NCBI GenBank assembly: GCA_035548155.1
Contig: DASZUD010000231.1
Coordinates: forward strand, 5,986-69,985
Source: Polyangia bacterium
GTDB lineage: Bacteria; Myxococcota_A; Polyangia; Fen-1088
Reading direction: 5' to 3'
Length of the DNA stretch: 64,000 nt
Shown here: in pieces, positions 1 to 9,763 of the stretch
Position numbering within the stretch: the first letter of the stretch is position 1
Layout: each line of letters opens with the position of its first letter
Notes under the pieces: generated by a model
The model's database searches: none
What the model was told of the DNA's origin: nothing
Seen by the model: only the letters and a program-made list of their open reading frames with translations
Made by a program: the position numbers and the translations under genes

Positions 1-408
1 GGCGCGGTCGACCACGCGCGTGCCGCGGTCCAGGCGGTTACCCTGCACGCGGACGACGTCGGCGCCGATCACGATCGCCTCCTCCGCCGTCTTGAACTTG
101 GCCTTGAGCTCGTTGACGACCGCGCCCGGGTTCTCCGTGGTGCGGACGGAGACGTGCGCGGGCAGGCGCTTCGGCAGTCGAATGCTGCCGTCGCTGACGA
201 TCGTCACGTCGACGTCGCGCAGGCGGGCGATCTGACGGAGGGTTCGGTCGATGACGCGAATGCCGCCGACGCGCATCTGCGCGCCTCGGGCCTGTTCGCG
301 GGTCGCAAGTAGAATCACGGGGACGATGGCCTCGGGTGACAAGCGTTGAACGAAACCGGGCACCTCGGCAGCCACCGCTCGGCTGATGGGGCTGACTCTT
401 TCGATCAT
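1..408 (-). CDS. Hypothetical protein, N-terminal part only. ATG at 408..406; the gene runs off the left window edge, so it has no stop and is absent from the ORF track.
   Basis: Manual minus-strand translation from 408 gives MIERVSPISRAVAAEVPGFVQRLSPEAIVPVILLATREQARGAQMRVGGIRVIDRTLRQIARLRDVDVTIVSDGS..., a non-low-complexity protein-like sequence. An AGGAGGG Shine-Dalgarno lies 6-12 nt upstream on the minus strand (plus 414..420). Function unknown. Confidence 0.35.
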   Translation of the reverse strand, partial: MIERVSPISRAVAAEVPGFVQRLSPEAIVPVILLATREQARGAQMRVGGIRVIDRTLRQIARLRDVDVTIVSDGSIRLPKRLPAHVSVRTTENPGAVVNELKAKFKTAEEAIVIGADVVRVQGNRLDRGTRVVDRA

Positions 409-512
409 GGGTACCACGCCCTCCTAAGAACCCTTCTCGAAAGGGTAGGCTGCTGACTGACTCCCAACCCGTTAATTACGGGGCTGGAGCATGACAGCGG
501 ATTGGCGCAGGC

Positions 513-1169
513 TCAAGCGCGAACGAGCGCCGTGATCGCGTTCTCGACCGCTCGTGGCAGCCTGTCAGAAACGTGACGCGCGAGCCGTGGGTGCTCCCAG
601 CGATCGTTGTCGATGATCACCTCGGCGCGGCGCACCGGATCGAAGGCCGCGCGGTAGAGGCGCTGCGCCGGGAAATAGCGATAGTTCATGCGATGTTCGA
701 CGACCTCGCGCGGTCGACCGCGCGCCATGTCGCGCGCGAGGATGCGCTGCCGCGCCACGTCCTCGCTCACCTCGAGCAGAAGCAGGGGCGCCGCCGCGGC
801 CGCGCGCGCGCGCAGCACGAAGACGCCCTCGAGCAGCGCAATCTGCGCCGCGCCAAACGTCAGCTCCTGCTCGCCGTCGACGACCTCGAGCGCGGCGTCG
901 AAGCGCGGAATGCGCGCGCTCGGCGCGCCGGCCAAAAATCGGACGAGGCACGCGTCGAGGGCAGCGAAGTCGTAGTACCGATCGTAATAGACGGCAGCTT
1001 CGTCGGCGTCCGCGGGCAACGGGCCGAGCGGGCGGCGAAAGTCGTCCACGCGGAACACGAACGCGGGCGCGCCGGTCTCCGCCTCGCAGGCCGCCGCGAC
1101 GGAGCGCGCGAACTGGGACTTGCCGCTGCCGTCGAGACCATCGACGGCCACCAGCGCGCGGGGCGTCAC
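513..1169 (-). CDS. P-loop nucleoside/nucleotide kinase-like protein (uridine kinase/PRK-like fold).
   Basis: An N-terminal Walker A motif VAVDGLDGSGKS starts at residue 6. Length is 218 aa. A 4-nt overlap with the upstream gene suggests translational coupling. Confidence 0.55.
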   Translation of the reverse strand: MTPRALVAVDGLDGSGKSQFARSVAAACEAETGAPAFVFRVDDFRRPLGPLPADADEAAVYYDRYYDFAALDACLVRFLAGAPSARIPRFDAALEVVDGEQELTFGAAQIALLEGVFVLRARAAAAAPLLLLEVSEDVARQRILARDMARGRPREVVEHRMNYRYFPAQRLYRAAFDPVRRAEVIIDNDRWEHPRLARHVSDRLPRAVENAITALVRA

Positions 1170-1987
1170 GGCACGGGCAGGCAGGGCGCCATCACGCGCA
1201 GCACCAGCTTGTGGCAGTGCCCGTTGCTGGCGGCGCTGCCGCGCGGCCGGAACAGATCCGGCTGGTTGTACTTGAAGGGCACCCCGTCACCGTTCGTCAC
1301 CGTGCAGCCGGCCTCGCGCATGATGACCTCGGGCGCGCACGTGTCCCACTCCTGCTCCGACGGCGAGAGGTTGAGGACGGCGTCGAGATCGCCGCGCGCG
1401 AGCGCGATGTGCTTCACCGAGGCGCCGAGGCGCACCGCCCTGTCCGCCATGCCGGCCGCCGCGAGGCACTTGCCGAGGCCGTCGTCGAGGTTGAGGCGCG
1501 AGACGCCGATCCGGATCTGGTTCGCCGCGCTCAGCGTCGAGGCCTTGAGCTGGCGCGTCTCGCCGCCGCGCTCCTCGAACGCGCCGCCGCCCTTCACGGC
1601 CCAGGCGAGCGAGCCCGCCACGGGCTGGAACACGACGCCCAGGACCGCCTCGTGATCGACGCTGAGGCCGACGTGGACGCAGAAGTCGCCCGTGCGCGCC
1701 ACGAAGTCGCGCGTGCCGTCGAGCGGGTCGACGATCCACACGCGCCGCTTGTCCAGCCGCGCCCGATCGTCGGGCGTCTCCTCCGTGAGGATCGCGTCGT
1801 CGGGGAAGCCTTCCGAGAGGCGCTTGATGATCGCGGCATTGGCCTCGAGATCGGCGGCCGTCACGGGCGACTTGTCCGCCTTCGTGCTGACGCCGATGTC
1901 GGGCCGCGCGTAGTGGCGCAGAATGATCTCGCCTGCCTCGCAGGCAGCGGCCTTGGCGACTTCGAGCTCCCGTTCGTACTGCGGCAC
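1166..1987 (-). CDS. Inositol monophosphatase / CysQ (3'(2'),5'-bisphosphate nucleotidase) family protein.
   Basis: Metal-binding motifs WIVDPLDGT and WDTCAPEVIMREAG are present. Length is 273 aa. Confidence 0.8.
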   Translation of the reverse strand: MPQYERELEVAKAAACEAGEIILRHYARPDIGVSTKADKSPVTAADLEANAAIIKRLSEGFPDDAILTEETPDDRARLDKRRVWIVDPLDGTRDFVARTGDFCVHVGLSVDHEAVLGVVFQPVAGSLAWAVKGGGAFEERGGETRQLKASTLSAANQIRIGVSRLNLDDGLGKCLAAAGMADRAVRLGASVKHIALARGDLDAVLNLSPSEQEWDTCAPEVIMREAGCTVTNGDGVPFKYNQPDLFRPRGSAASNGHCHKLVLRVMAPCLPVP

Positions 1988-2043
1988 GGACGCGGAGCCT
2001 ACCAGTTTGTCGGCGATCCCGCTCGCACGACGCTCGGATATCG

Positions 2044-2877
2044 TTGCGGTGGGCGCCCGCCGCGCCCCAGAATGGGGGCGTGTTCTCGGTCGCCTTCCTC
2101 AACGAGCTGCGGACCCTGGAGATCGAGCGGGTCGTGACCCACCTGCGCCCGGGCGCGCGCGTCCTCGAGGTCGGGGCCGGCACGGGGCGGCAAGCCGCCG
2201 AGCTGCGCGCGCGCGGCTTCGAGGTGGAGGCCATCGAGATCGCGGACTCGAACTACGCCGGCGACCGTGACTTCCCCATCACCAACTATGACGGCCGCCA
2301 CATCCCGTTCGGCGACGCGAGCTTCGACGTCGTCTTCTCGTCGAACGTGCTCGAGCACGTCCGCGACCAGGGGCAGATGCACGCCGAGATCAGGCGCGTG
2401 CTCAAGCCCGACGGCTATTGCGTGCACCTCATGCCGACCGGCGCTTGGCGCTTCTGGACGAGCGTCTCGGCCTTCCCCACGGCCTTCCAGAAGATCGCGG
2501 CGGCCGTGCGCGACGTGGGGCGGCCCGCCCCGTCGGCGGCGCGGCGTCTGCTGCGCGTCCTCGCCCTCCCGTTCGTCGCGCTCGGGTTCCTGCTGGGGCC
2601 CCTCTTCTTCCAGAACCGCCACGGCGAGCGCGGCACCCTCGTGAGCGAGCTGTGGCAATTCGGCCCGCGATGGTGGCGGCGCACCTTCGCGCGCCACGGC
2701 TTCGAGATCATCCGCGACGAGCCGCTCGGCCTCTTCTATACGGGCAACTTCTTCCTGGGCCGCTGGCTCTCGTTCTCAACCCGCGAGCGGTGGGCGCGGC
2801 GGCTCGGCAGCGCGTGTCACCTCTACGAGGTGAGGCCCGCTCGAGCCCCTGGCGCCAGCGGCTCGAGCGCGGCGTGA
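2044..2877 (+). CDS. Class I SAM-dependent methyltransferase.
   Basis: SAM-binding motif I VLEVGAGTGRQA and motif post-I DVVFSSNVLEH are present. It is divergent from the CysQ-like gene and 17 nt upstream of the next glycosyltransferase. Confidence 0.75.
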   Translation: MRWAPAAPQNGGVFSVAFLNELRTLEIERVVTHLRPGARVLEVGAGTGRQAAELRARGFEVEAIEIADSNYAGDRDFPITNYDGRHIPFGDASFDVVFSSNVLEHVRDQGQMHAEIRRVLKPDGYCVHLMPTGAWRFWTSVSAFPTAFQKIAAAVRDVGRPAPSAARRLLRVLALPFVALGFLLGPLFFQNRHGERGTLVSELWQFGPRWWRRTFARHGFEIIRDEPLGLFYTGNFFLGRWLSFSTRERWARRLGSACHLYEVRPARAPGASGSSAA

Positions 2878-2894
2878 TAGGGTCCCGCCCCCGG

Positions 2895-4034
2895 ATGGCC
2901 ACCCGCACACGCATCCTCTACTTGTCGCCCTCGCTCACGCAGGGAGGCGCCGAGCGCCACGTGGTCGAGCTGGTGCGCAACCTCGACGAAGCGACGTTCG
3001 AGCCCGCCATGTGCGTCGTGCGGCCCGGCATCCACTTCCGGGGCGAGCTCCCGCCCGGCGAGCCTCGCTACCTGCTGGGGCGGCGCCTCTTCACCCCAGG
3101 CGCGTTGCGGGGTGTCGTGCGCGCCATCGAGGATTTTCGTCCCGACGTGCTGCACGCCCACCTCAACGACGGCAATCTGCTGGGCCGGCTTGCCACGACC
3201 TTCACGAAGGTGCCGGCCGTCGTCACCTCCGTGCACCTCGACGAGATGAGCCCCCCGTACCGGATGCTCGAGCGCCTCATGTGGCGGCGGAGCGATCGCA
3301 TCGTCGCCGTATCGAGAGGCGTCAAAGACTTCCTCGTGGGTACGGTGGGGCTGCCGGACGAGCGCGTGCAGGTCGTGGTCAACGGCGTCGACCCGACGCG
3401 GTTCGTGCCGGGCGACGACCAGCGACGCGCCGCCGCGAGAGCGCGGTTCGACGTCGCGCCCGAGCGGCTCGTGGGCCTGATGCCGGCGCGCCTGTCGCGG
3501 CAGAAGAATCAGGAGCGTGTCGTCGAGGCGCTGGCCGAGCTCAAGACCCGCGGCCGCCTCCCGCCTGAATTCCTGCTGCTGCTGGCAGGTCGGAGCTCAT
3601 CGGAGTCCCTGGAGCGCAAGGTGCGCGGTCTCGTCGCCCAGGCGCGGCTCGACGAGCAGGTGCGGTTCCTCGGCCCGGTCAGCGAGATGCAAGAGCTCTA
3701 CTGGGCGTCGGACGTGCTGCTCATGCCATCGATCACGGAGGGCTCGTCGCTGGCGGCCTTCGAGGCCATGGCCGCTGGTCTCCCGGTGCTCATCAGCCGG
3801 CGCAGCAACAGCGACGGCGCCATCATCGACGGCGAACACGGCTGGCAGATCGCCGACAGCGACACGACGTCGATCGCGCGTGCCCTCACGGTCATCATCG
3901 AGACGCCCGGCGCGGAGCGCCTGCGCCTCGGCCGACAGGGACGCGCGCGCGTCGAGGGCCGCTACACCGTCGCGCGCGTCGCGCGGGACTTCGAGTCGCT
4001 CTATGGATCCGTGCTGCAGGCGGCGGGACGCTAG
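2895..4034 (+). CDS. Glycosyltransferase family 4 (GT-B fold).
   Basis: The track ORF 2418..4034 begins with an R/P-rich extension. The protein-like sequence starts at MATRTRILYLSPSLTQGGAERHV (ATG 2895). The GT4 E-x7-E motif SITEGSSLAAFEAMAAG is present. Confidence 0.85.
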   Translation: MATRTRILYLSPSLTQGGAERHVVELVRNLDEATFEPAMCVVRPGIHFRGELPPGEPRYLLGRRLFTPGALRGVVRAIEDFRPDVLHAHLNDGNLLGRLATTFTKVPAVVTSVHLDEMSPPYRMLERLMWRRSDRIVAVSRGVKDFLVGTVGLPDERVQVVVNGVDPTRFVPGDDQRRAAARARFDVAPERLVGLMPARLSRQKNQERVVEALAELKTRGRLPPEFLLLLAGRSSSESLERKVRGLVAQARLDEQVRFLGPVSEMQELYWASDVLLMPSITEGSSLAAFEAMAAGLPVLISRRSNSDGAIIDGEHGWQIADSDTTSIARALTVIIETPGAERLRLGRQGRARVEGRYTVARVARDFESLYGSVLQAAGR

Positions 4035-4048
4035 ACGAACGCTGGACG

Positions 4049-5620
4049 CTAAGCGGCGTCCGGACCGCGGCCGCGTCGGCCGAACATCCGACGAACGAGG
4101 TTGAGGATGAAGCGGCGCTCTTCCTCTCCGGGCCGCAGCGCGAGCAGGGCGACGGGATAGATGACGAGGCCCGTGACGGCGACCAGCAGCACGCGCAGCT
4201 TCGGCTCGAGCGGGATGGCGCGCACGGCGAGCTCGCCCAAGAGCGCGATGCCAGCGGCCAGGAACGGCTTGAAGAAGGCGACGTTGAAGGGGTGCACGCG
4301 CTCGAGCACCCAGACCTGCACGACCAAGGTGCCGATGAGCACGGACGTCGACGTGAGGGAGGCGACGGCGGCGCCCGTGATGCCGTAGCGCGGGATGAGC
4401 AGCACGGAGAGCACGACGTTGGTCAGGGCCGCGACGAGGTTGTCCCACAGAAAGAGTCTCGAGCGCCCCGCCATGACGATGACGTACCCGGTGAGCCCGA
4501 GCACGCCGTTGACGACATGGCCGCAGACGAGCAGGCCCATCGCGGTCGCGCCCGACACGTACCCTGGCCCGTACAGCCAAAGCAGCGGTTCGCGCAGCGC
4601 GAGCAGCGTGAGCGCGATGGGCGCCGACGCCGACGCCACCCACCGGATCATGAGAGAGAGGTTGTAGCGCAGGCGCTCGCGGTCGCCCTGGTGCAGCGCC
4701 TCGGACATCATCGGCGCGGCGATGCTGTCGAAGGCGTAACGCAAGCCTGCCACGGAGCGCCCGAGCTCTTCGGAGGCCGCGAACACGGCGACGGAGCCCG
4801 CGCCCGCGTACGCGCTCAAGATGAAGACGTTCACGCGCTGGAGGATGCTGTTCAGGAACTCGGCGGCGCCGAGGGGCAGCGCGAACTTGATGAGGCCGCG
4901 GTGCGGTCGCGCGCGCAACGCCTCGCGCAGCCGACCGCGGCCGAGCACGGCGCTGGCGCCGACCCAAGCGAGGCCGAAGAGCAGCGTCGTCGACAAGCCG
5001 TGCGCGGCGGCGGCGCCGTAGACGTCCCGGCGAAAGTACCAGACGGCGAGCGTGATCCCGACCAGGAGGAACGGCTCGCAGATGCCGCGCACGAGGAGGT
5101 TCACACGCGTCACCTTGGCGGCCAACGTGGCCGCCATGAGCACGATGACCATCCCGCCCCCCAGGACCGTGGGCGCGAGCAGCGGCAACACCCCGCCGAA
5201 CGCCGTGTTGCCCCACAGGCGCACGAACAACGGCGCGCCGAGCGCGAGCCCGAGCGACAGCAAGAGCAACACGCCGCCCGAGAGGCGCAGCGCGCTGCCG
5301 AGCGCCTCGGTCTCCTCGCGCGTCTCACCCACGGCCCGGTGCGCGGCGACGAACTTCAGCATCGCCTTGTCGCCGCCGGCGATGCCGGCGCGCATCAACA
5401 CCTCGCAGAGATCCGCGCCCGTGCGGTAGACGCCGTAGGCGGTCTGACCGAACAAGCGCGCCACCAGCACGCGGTGCAGGGGCAAGAGGCCCTGGCCGAG
5501 CATGGCGAGGATCTGCGAAACGCCGCTGCGCGCGGCATGCGCGGCGTCCTCGGAGCGGCTCACCGGGGCGCGCGACGGAGCCGCGGGCGCGGCCCCGCCC
5601 GCGGCGTCGGGCTCGTTCAC
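4049..5620 (-). CDS. Polysaccharide biosynthesis protein, MOP-superfamily flippase (Wzx-like).
   Basis: The 523-aa protein has about 12 predicted hydrophobic helices and the typical polysaccharide-biosynthesis-protein architecture. Its start overlaps the stop of asnB by 4 nt. Confidence 0.8.
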   Translation of the reverse strand: MNEPDAAGGAAPAAPSRAPVSRSEDAAHAARSGVSQILAMLGQGLLPLHRVLVARLFGQTAYGVYRTGADLCEVLMRAGIAGGDKAMLKFVAAHRAVGETREETEALGSALRLSGGVLLLLSLGLALGAPLFVRLWGNTAFGGVLPLLAPTVLGGGMVIVLMAATLAAKVTRVNLLVRGICEPFLLVGITLAVWYFRRDVYGAAAAHGLSTTLLFGLAWVGASAVLGRGRLREALRARPHRGLIKFALPLGAAEFLNSILQRVNVFILSAYAGAGSVAVFAASEELGRSVAGLRYAFDSIAAPMMSEALHQGDRERLRYNLSLMIRWVASASAPIALTLLALREPLLWLYGPGYVSGATAMGLLVCGHVVNGVLGLTGYVIVMAGRSRLFLWDNLVAALTNVVLSVLLIPRYGITGAAVASLTSTSVLIGTLVVQVWVLERVHPFNVAFFKPFLAAGIALLGELAVRAIPLEPKLRVLLVAVTGLVIYPVALLALRPGEEERRFILNLVRRMFGRRGRGPDAA

Positions 5621-7581
5621 GACGCCCTCACGGCGCGCGCGGACATCGCCTCATGCTGGAGGCGCTCCGCCGTCGCGGCCACCTCGCGCGCGAACGCCGC
5701 CCGCCCGTCGCAGAGCTCGCGCTGCCACGTCTCGAGCACGATCAGGTTCCACAGGCGTTCACCGTGATCCTCGCCGGCGCGGTGGCGCTCCAGCAGATCC
5801 GCCACGGCCTCGGGTCGGAACAGGCCGCGGGCCCGCGCCGCGTCCGAGAGCAGCGTCTCGCGCGCGAAGCCGTAGAGGCGCCCGCGCAGCCAGGGCCCCG
5901 TCGGCAGCGAAAAGCCCTTCTTGCGCCGGTTCAGGATCTCGGACGGCACGAGGTCGGCGAACGCGCGCTTGAAGATGTGCTTGCCCTTGCCGGCGCGCAA
6001 CTTGAGCGGCCCGGGCAGCGCCGCGCCCAGCTCGACGACGTGGTGGTCGACGAGCGGCGCGCGTGCCTCGAGCGCGTGCGTCATGCTGGCGATGTCGACC
6101 TTCACGAGGATGTCGTCGGGCAGGTAGGTCTCGGCGTCGAGGTTCTGCAGGCGGCTCACGGTGTCCGTGGCGTGCGAGGCGCCGAGGTGCGCAGCGAACG
6201 ACTCGGCCGTCGCGTCGCGCGCGAACCGCTCGGCGAGCTCGGGTGTGTAGAGCGCGGCCTTCTCCTCGGCCGAGAAGTGGCAGATGAGGCGCAAGTAACG
6301 CGTGGCCTCGTCGGAGCCGAGGCGCGCGCCGAACTCGCGGATGGGGCGGCCCCCGCGGCCGGGCGCGGCGGCGAGGATCGCCGCGGCCCCGCGCGCGAGC
6401 GGCCCTGGGAGGCGGCGCAGCGTGTCGGCGAGGTGCGCCCAGACGTACCGCCGATACCCCCCGAACGCCTCGTCGCCCGCGTCGCCCGAGAGCGCGACCG
6501 TGACGTCGCGCCGGGTCATCTCGCACAGGTAGCGCGTAGGCACGGCCGACGTGTCGGCAAACGGCTCGCCGTGGTGCCGCACGATGCTGGGCAGGAGCCC
6601 CACCATGTCCGGCTCGACGACCAGCTCGTGGTGATCGGTGCGCCATCGCTCGGCGACGAGGCGCGCGTAAGGCAGCTCGTTGTCGAGGCGCCCGCCCTCC
6701 GAGAAGCCGACCGAGAACGTCTTGACCGGCTCGCCCATCGCGCGCGCCATGCACGCGACGACGATCGACGAATCGACACCACCCGACAGGAACGCGCCGA
6801 GCGGGACGTCCGACATGAGGCGCGAGCGCACGGCCTCTTCGACGGTCTCGCGCACGCGCCGCGCCGCCTCCTCCTCGGTGAGGTGCGCGAGCGTCGGCGC
6901 CGCCGAGAGCTGATAGTAGCGGCGCAAGACGGGCCGCTCGCCCGGGCGCACCTCGAGGGTGTGGCCCGCCGGCAGCTTGTTCACGCCCGCGTAGATCGTG
7001 CGCGGCGCCGGGACGTACTGCAGCGCCAGGTACGCGTCGAGCGCCTCCATCGAGATCGCCGTGGGCGTCCGTTCGTCGGCGATCAGCGCGCCCAGCTCCG
7101 ACGCGAACACGAACCCGTCGGCGCGTTCGCAATAGTAGAGGGGCTTCTCGCCGAAGCGATCGCGCGCGAGCAGCAGCGTCCCCTTGCGGGCGTCCCACAG
7201 CGCGAAGGCGAACATGCCGCGCAAGTGCTCGGGGACGCGCGCGCCGACCTCCTCATACAGGTGGGCGACGACCTCGGAGTCGCTGCCGCTCTTGAAGGTG
7301 TGCCCTTTGGCGACGAGGTCCCTCCGCAGCTCGGCGGGGTTGTAGATCTCGCCGTTGACGACGATGGCGATCTGGCCGTCCTCGTTCGTCATCGGCTGGC
7401 GGCCCGCGTCCGACAGATCGATGATCGAGAGGCGCCGGTGCGCGAGCGCGATCGGCCCCGCCTGGAAGAACCCGTGGCCGTCGGGCCCGCGGTGCACCAT
7501 GGCCGCCGCGAAGCGCTGGGCGGCGCCCGCGGGCGGCGCGGCGTCGAGGCGCGGCGCGAGCGCGCCCGCGATCCCACACAT
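5617..7581 (-). CDS. asnB: Asparagine synthase (glutamine-hydrolysing) family amidotransferase (AsnB/WbpS-like).
   Basis: An N-terminal MCGIAG nucleophile is present (glutaminase Cys2). The PP-loop FLSGGVDSSIVVA is present. Length is 654 aa. Confidence 0.9.
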   Translation of the reverse strand: MCGIAGALAPRLDAAPPAGAAQRFAAAMVHRGPDGHGFFQAGPIALAHRRLSIIDLSDAGRQPMTNEDGQIAIVVNGEIYNPAELRRDLVAKGHTFKSGSDSEVVAHLYEEVGARVPEHLRGMFAFALWDARKGTLLLARDRFGEKPLYYCERADGFVFASELGALIADERTPTAISMEALDAYLALQYVPAPRTIYAGVNKLPAGHTLEVRPGERPVLRRYYQLSAAPTLAHLTEEEAARRVRETVEEAVRSRLMSDVPLGAFLSGGVDSSIVVACMARAMGEPVKTFSVGFSEGGRLDNELPYARLVAERWRTDHHELVVEPDMVGLLPSIVRHHGEPFADTSAVPTRYLCEMTRRDVTVALSGDAGDEAFGGYRRYVWAHLADTLRRLPGPLARGAAAILAAAPGRGGRPIREFGARLGSDEATRYLRLICHFSAEEKAALYTPELAERFARDATAESFAAHLGASHATDTVSRLQNLDAETYLPDDILVKVDIASMTHALEARAPLVDHHVVELGAALPGPLKLRAGKGKHIFKRAFADLVPSEILNRRKKGFSLPTGPWLRGRLYGFARETLLSDAARARGLFRPEAVADLLERHRAGEDHGERLWNLIVLETWQRELCDGRAAFAREVAATAERLQHEAMSARAVRAS

Positions 7582-8915
7582 TAAGCGAGGCCTTTCGGCG
7601 ACGCGGGCCCCTGAGAGGGCCCCGCGCCCCCGGCGCTCGCTCCGCGCGGCAGAGCCTCGCTGCGCTCGGATGGGTCTGCCAATCCCTTTGCTGCGAGGAG
7701 GTCGTCGTAGAGGCGCACGGTCTCCTCGAGGATGCGCTCGACGCTGAAGGTCTCCGCGACGTGGGCGCGGCCGCGCGCGCCCATGGCGCGGCGCTCGTCA
7801 GGCCCTGCCGCCACCATGCGGGCCAGCGCCTCGGCCAGCGCGTCGTGGTCGAAGGTGGGCGCCTCGAACCCGCTCACGCCGTCGACGACGATGCGATCGA
7901 TGTTCGCGGCGTGCGACACGACGGCGGGCAGCCCGCAGGCGTGCGCCTCCAGGACGGCGTTCGGCAGGCCTTCGTACAGCGACGGCATCACCAGCGCGTC
8001 GGCCGCGTGATAGAGCGACAGCATCTCGCTGACGGTGCCCAGGAACCGCACGGCCTCCGTCAGCCCCAGGAGCTCGAGCACGCGCGGCAGCACCGCCGAG
8101 TAGACGCGATCGCGGTTGCGCCCCGCCAGCATAACGCGCACGTTCGCGGGCAGCCGGCCCGCGCGCCGCAGCCGGGCCAGCGCCAGCGCCAGCCCGATCT
8201 GATGCTTCTGCACGCCGACGCGCCCGGGAAGCAGCAGCGCGATCTCATTGGCGCCCAACCCCCACTTCGCGCGCGCCGCGGCTCGCTCGTCGTTGGTCGG
8301 CGGCCGGAAGCGCTCGAGGTCGATGAAGTTGTGCAGGAGCTGCACCTTCTCGGGCGCGACGCCCGCCAGCTCCACCAGCTCGCGGCGCACGCCCTCCGAG
8401 TTGGCGATGATCCGGTCGCTCTTCTGCGAGAGCCACTGCTCGGTGAGCAGGTGGACGACGTGCATGGCGCGGCTACGCACAGCCGTGACGACGACGGGCA
8501 CGGCCGCCCGCCGCGTCGCGAGGCGCGCCCAGAAGTTCGCCTTGTCGCGGTACGAGTGCAGGATGTCGGGCTTCTCTTCGCGCAGCACCTCGACGAGCTT
8601 GCGCAGCCCGCGCGGCCCCATGCGCCGCTCGCCCAGCACGTGGCGCGGCTCGCCGTCCGGCAGGTACTCGCGGTAATGGACGACGTCCTCGTAGAGGCAC
8701 AGCGTCGGCTCGAAGCGCGCCGGGAGCCGCGTCATGAGCTCGAGGATCTGCCGCTCTGCCCCGCCCTGCTGCAGGTTCGGGATGAAAAGAAGAACCTTGT
8801 GCCTTTTCGACGGGGCCTGGCTCGCCGCCGCTCGCGAACCGATCGACACCGGGTCCCCCTCGCTTCGCGCGGCCAAGCCGCGCTGCGCTCGCCCTTGATC
8901 CACGGCGCCGTTCAT
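7581..8915 (-). CDS. Glycosyltransferase family 4.
   Basis: The E-x7-E motif YEGLPNAVLEAHACGLP is present, with a GT-B N-domain KVLLFIPNLQQGGAERQ. The true start may lie 30-40 codons downstream of the ORF start. Confidence 0.85.
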   Translation of the reverse strand: MNGAVDQGRAQRGLAARSEGDPVSIGSRAAASQAPSKRHKVLLFIPNLQQGGAERQILELMTRLPARFEPTLCLYEDVVHYREYLPDGEPRHVLGERRMGPRGLRKLVEVLREEKPDILHSYRDKANFWARLATRRAAVPVVVTAVRSRAMHVVHLLTEQWLSQKSDRIIANSEGVRRELVELAGVAPEKVQLLHNFIDLERFRPPTNDERAAARAKWGLGANEIALLLPGRVGVQKHQIGLALALARLRRAGRLPANVRVMLAGRNRDRVYSAVLPRVLELLGLTEAVRFLGTVSEMLSLYHAADALVMPSLYEGLPNAVLEAHACGLPAVVSHAANIDRIVVDGVSGFEAPTFDHDALAEALARMVAAGPDERRAMGARGRAHVAETFSVERILEETVRLYDDLLAAKGLADPSERSEALPRGASAGGAGPSQGPASPKGLA

Positions 8916-9659
8916 TTACCACACGCCTTCTCGGAGGGCCTCCTCGGCGCGCTGCCGCTCTTCGGGCAGGTCGACCTCCAACCACCCGTGCCCGCTGATG
9001 TCGCGGCACAGGGGGGGCCGGTCGGTCGTCGCCAGGCGCGCCAGCACGCGCTCGACGTGAATGGCCCGCCCCTCTTCCGCGAGCGCGGCCTCGGCCGTCG
9101 CCCAATAGCGCGCCGCGGCCCCGGCCGGCACCTTCGACATGCCGACGTAGCCCGCGTCCCAAGTCTCGAGCGTCTTCGCGATGCGCCGCACCCGCCCGGC
9201 CTCGTCGCGCTCGACCTTCATGTCGTCCGCGCCCAGCGTCCGATCCGTATCGATGAACGCCGTGACTTCGCTGGCCGGCCTCTCGACGATCCCCGCAATG
9301 GCCGGCCTGTAGATGTGGTCGATGTTCATGACGAGCAGCTCGTCGGCGAGGTCGATGCGCGGGCGCGCCGTCATGAGCGAGACCAGGTTGCCGTCGCGAA
9401 AAGCCTCGTTCCGAACCAGCGTCACGCCGAGCGCGCGCCTGGCGATCTCGGCCTCGACGAGCTCGTAGCCATACCCGCCGACGACGATCACGTCGCGCGC
9501 CCCCGCGCGCTTCGCGAACCGCACGGCGTACGCCAGCAGCGGCTCTGCCCCGACGGTGATGAGCGCCTTCGGGATGCGCTCCGTGAGCTGCCCGAGCCGG
9601 CTGCCGAGCCCGGCCGCCAGCAGCACCGCCTGCATTCCCCCGTTCTTTGTCGAGCTCAC
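8916..9659 (-). CDS. Sugar-phosphate nucleotidyltransferase (NTP_transferase family).
   Basis: The signature MQAVLLAAGLGSRLG matches G-x-G-x-R-L. Length is about 240 aa. It lies immediately upstream of the GT4 gene. Confidence 0.75.
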   Translation of the reverse strand: MSSTKNGGMQAVLLAAGLGSRLGQLTERIPKALITVGAEPLLAYAVRFAKRAGARDVIVVGGYGYELVEAEIARRALGVTLVRNEAFRDGNLVSLMTARPRIDLADELLVMNIDHIYRPAIAGIVERPASEVTAFIDTDRTLGADDMKVERDEAGRVRRIAKTLETWDAGYVGMSKVPAGAAARYWATAEAALAEEGRAIHVERVLARLATTDRPPLCRDISGHGWLEVDLPEERQRAEEALREGVW

Positions 9660-9763
9660 GCGATGTTCCTACGTCGATTGGTCGAAGGCCGCGAGCGTAG
9701 CGCGGCTATGCCGCGCAGAGCGAGGGGGCCAGGGGCACGCGAGCGGCAGCGAGCCGGACCCCG

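Noticed and set aside
2418-2894. The N-terminal 159-codon extension of the GT4 ORF.
   Set aside because: The extension is R/P/A-rich and overlaps the 3' end of the methyltransferase gene. The protein-like sequence begins at ATG 2895.
3597-5216. A 539-aa minus-strand ORF, and a 491-aa plus-strand ORF at 4292..5767.
   Set aside because: Both are extremely Arg/Gly/Ala/Pro-rich low-complexity translations. They overlap the GT4 and flippase genes in alternative frames.
5653-7584. A 643-aa plus-strand ORF, and a 479-aa minus-strand ORF at 5759..7198.
   Set aside because: They are antisense or off-frame relative to asnB. They are R-rich artefacts.
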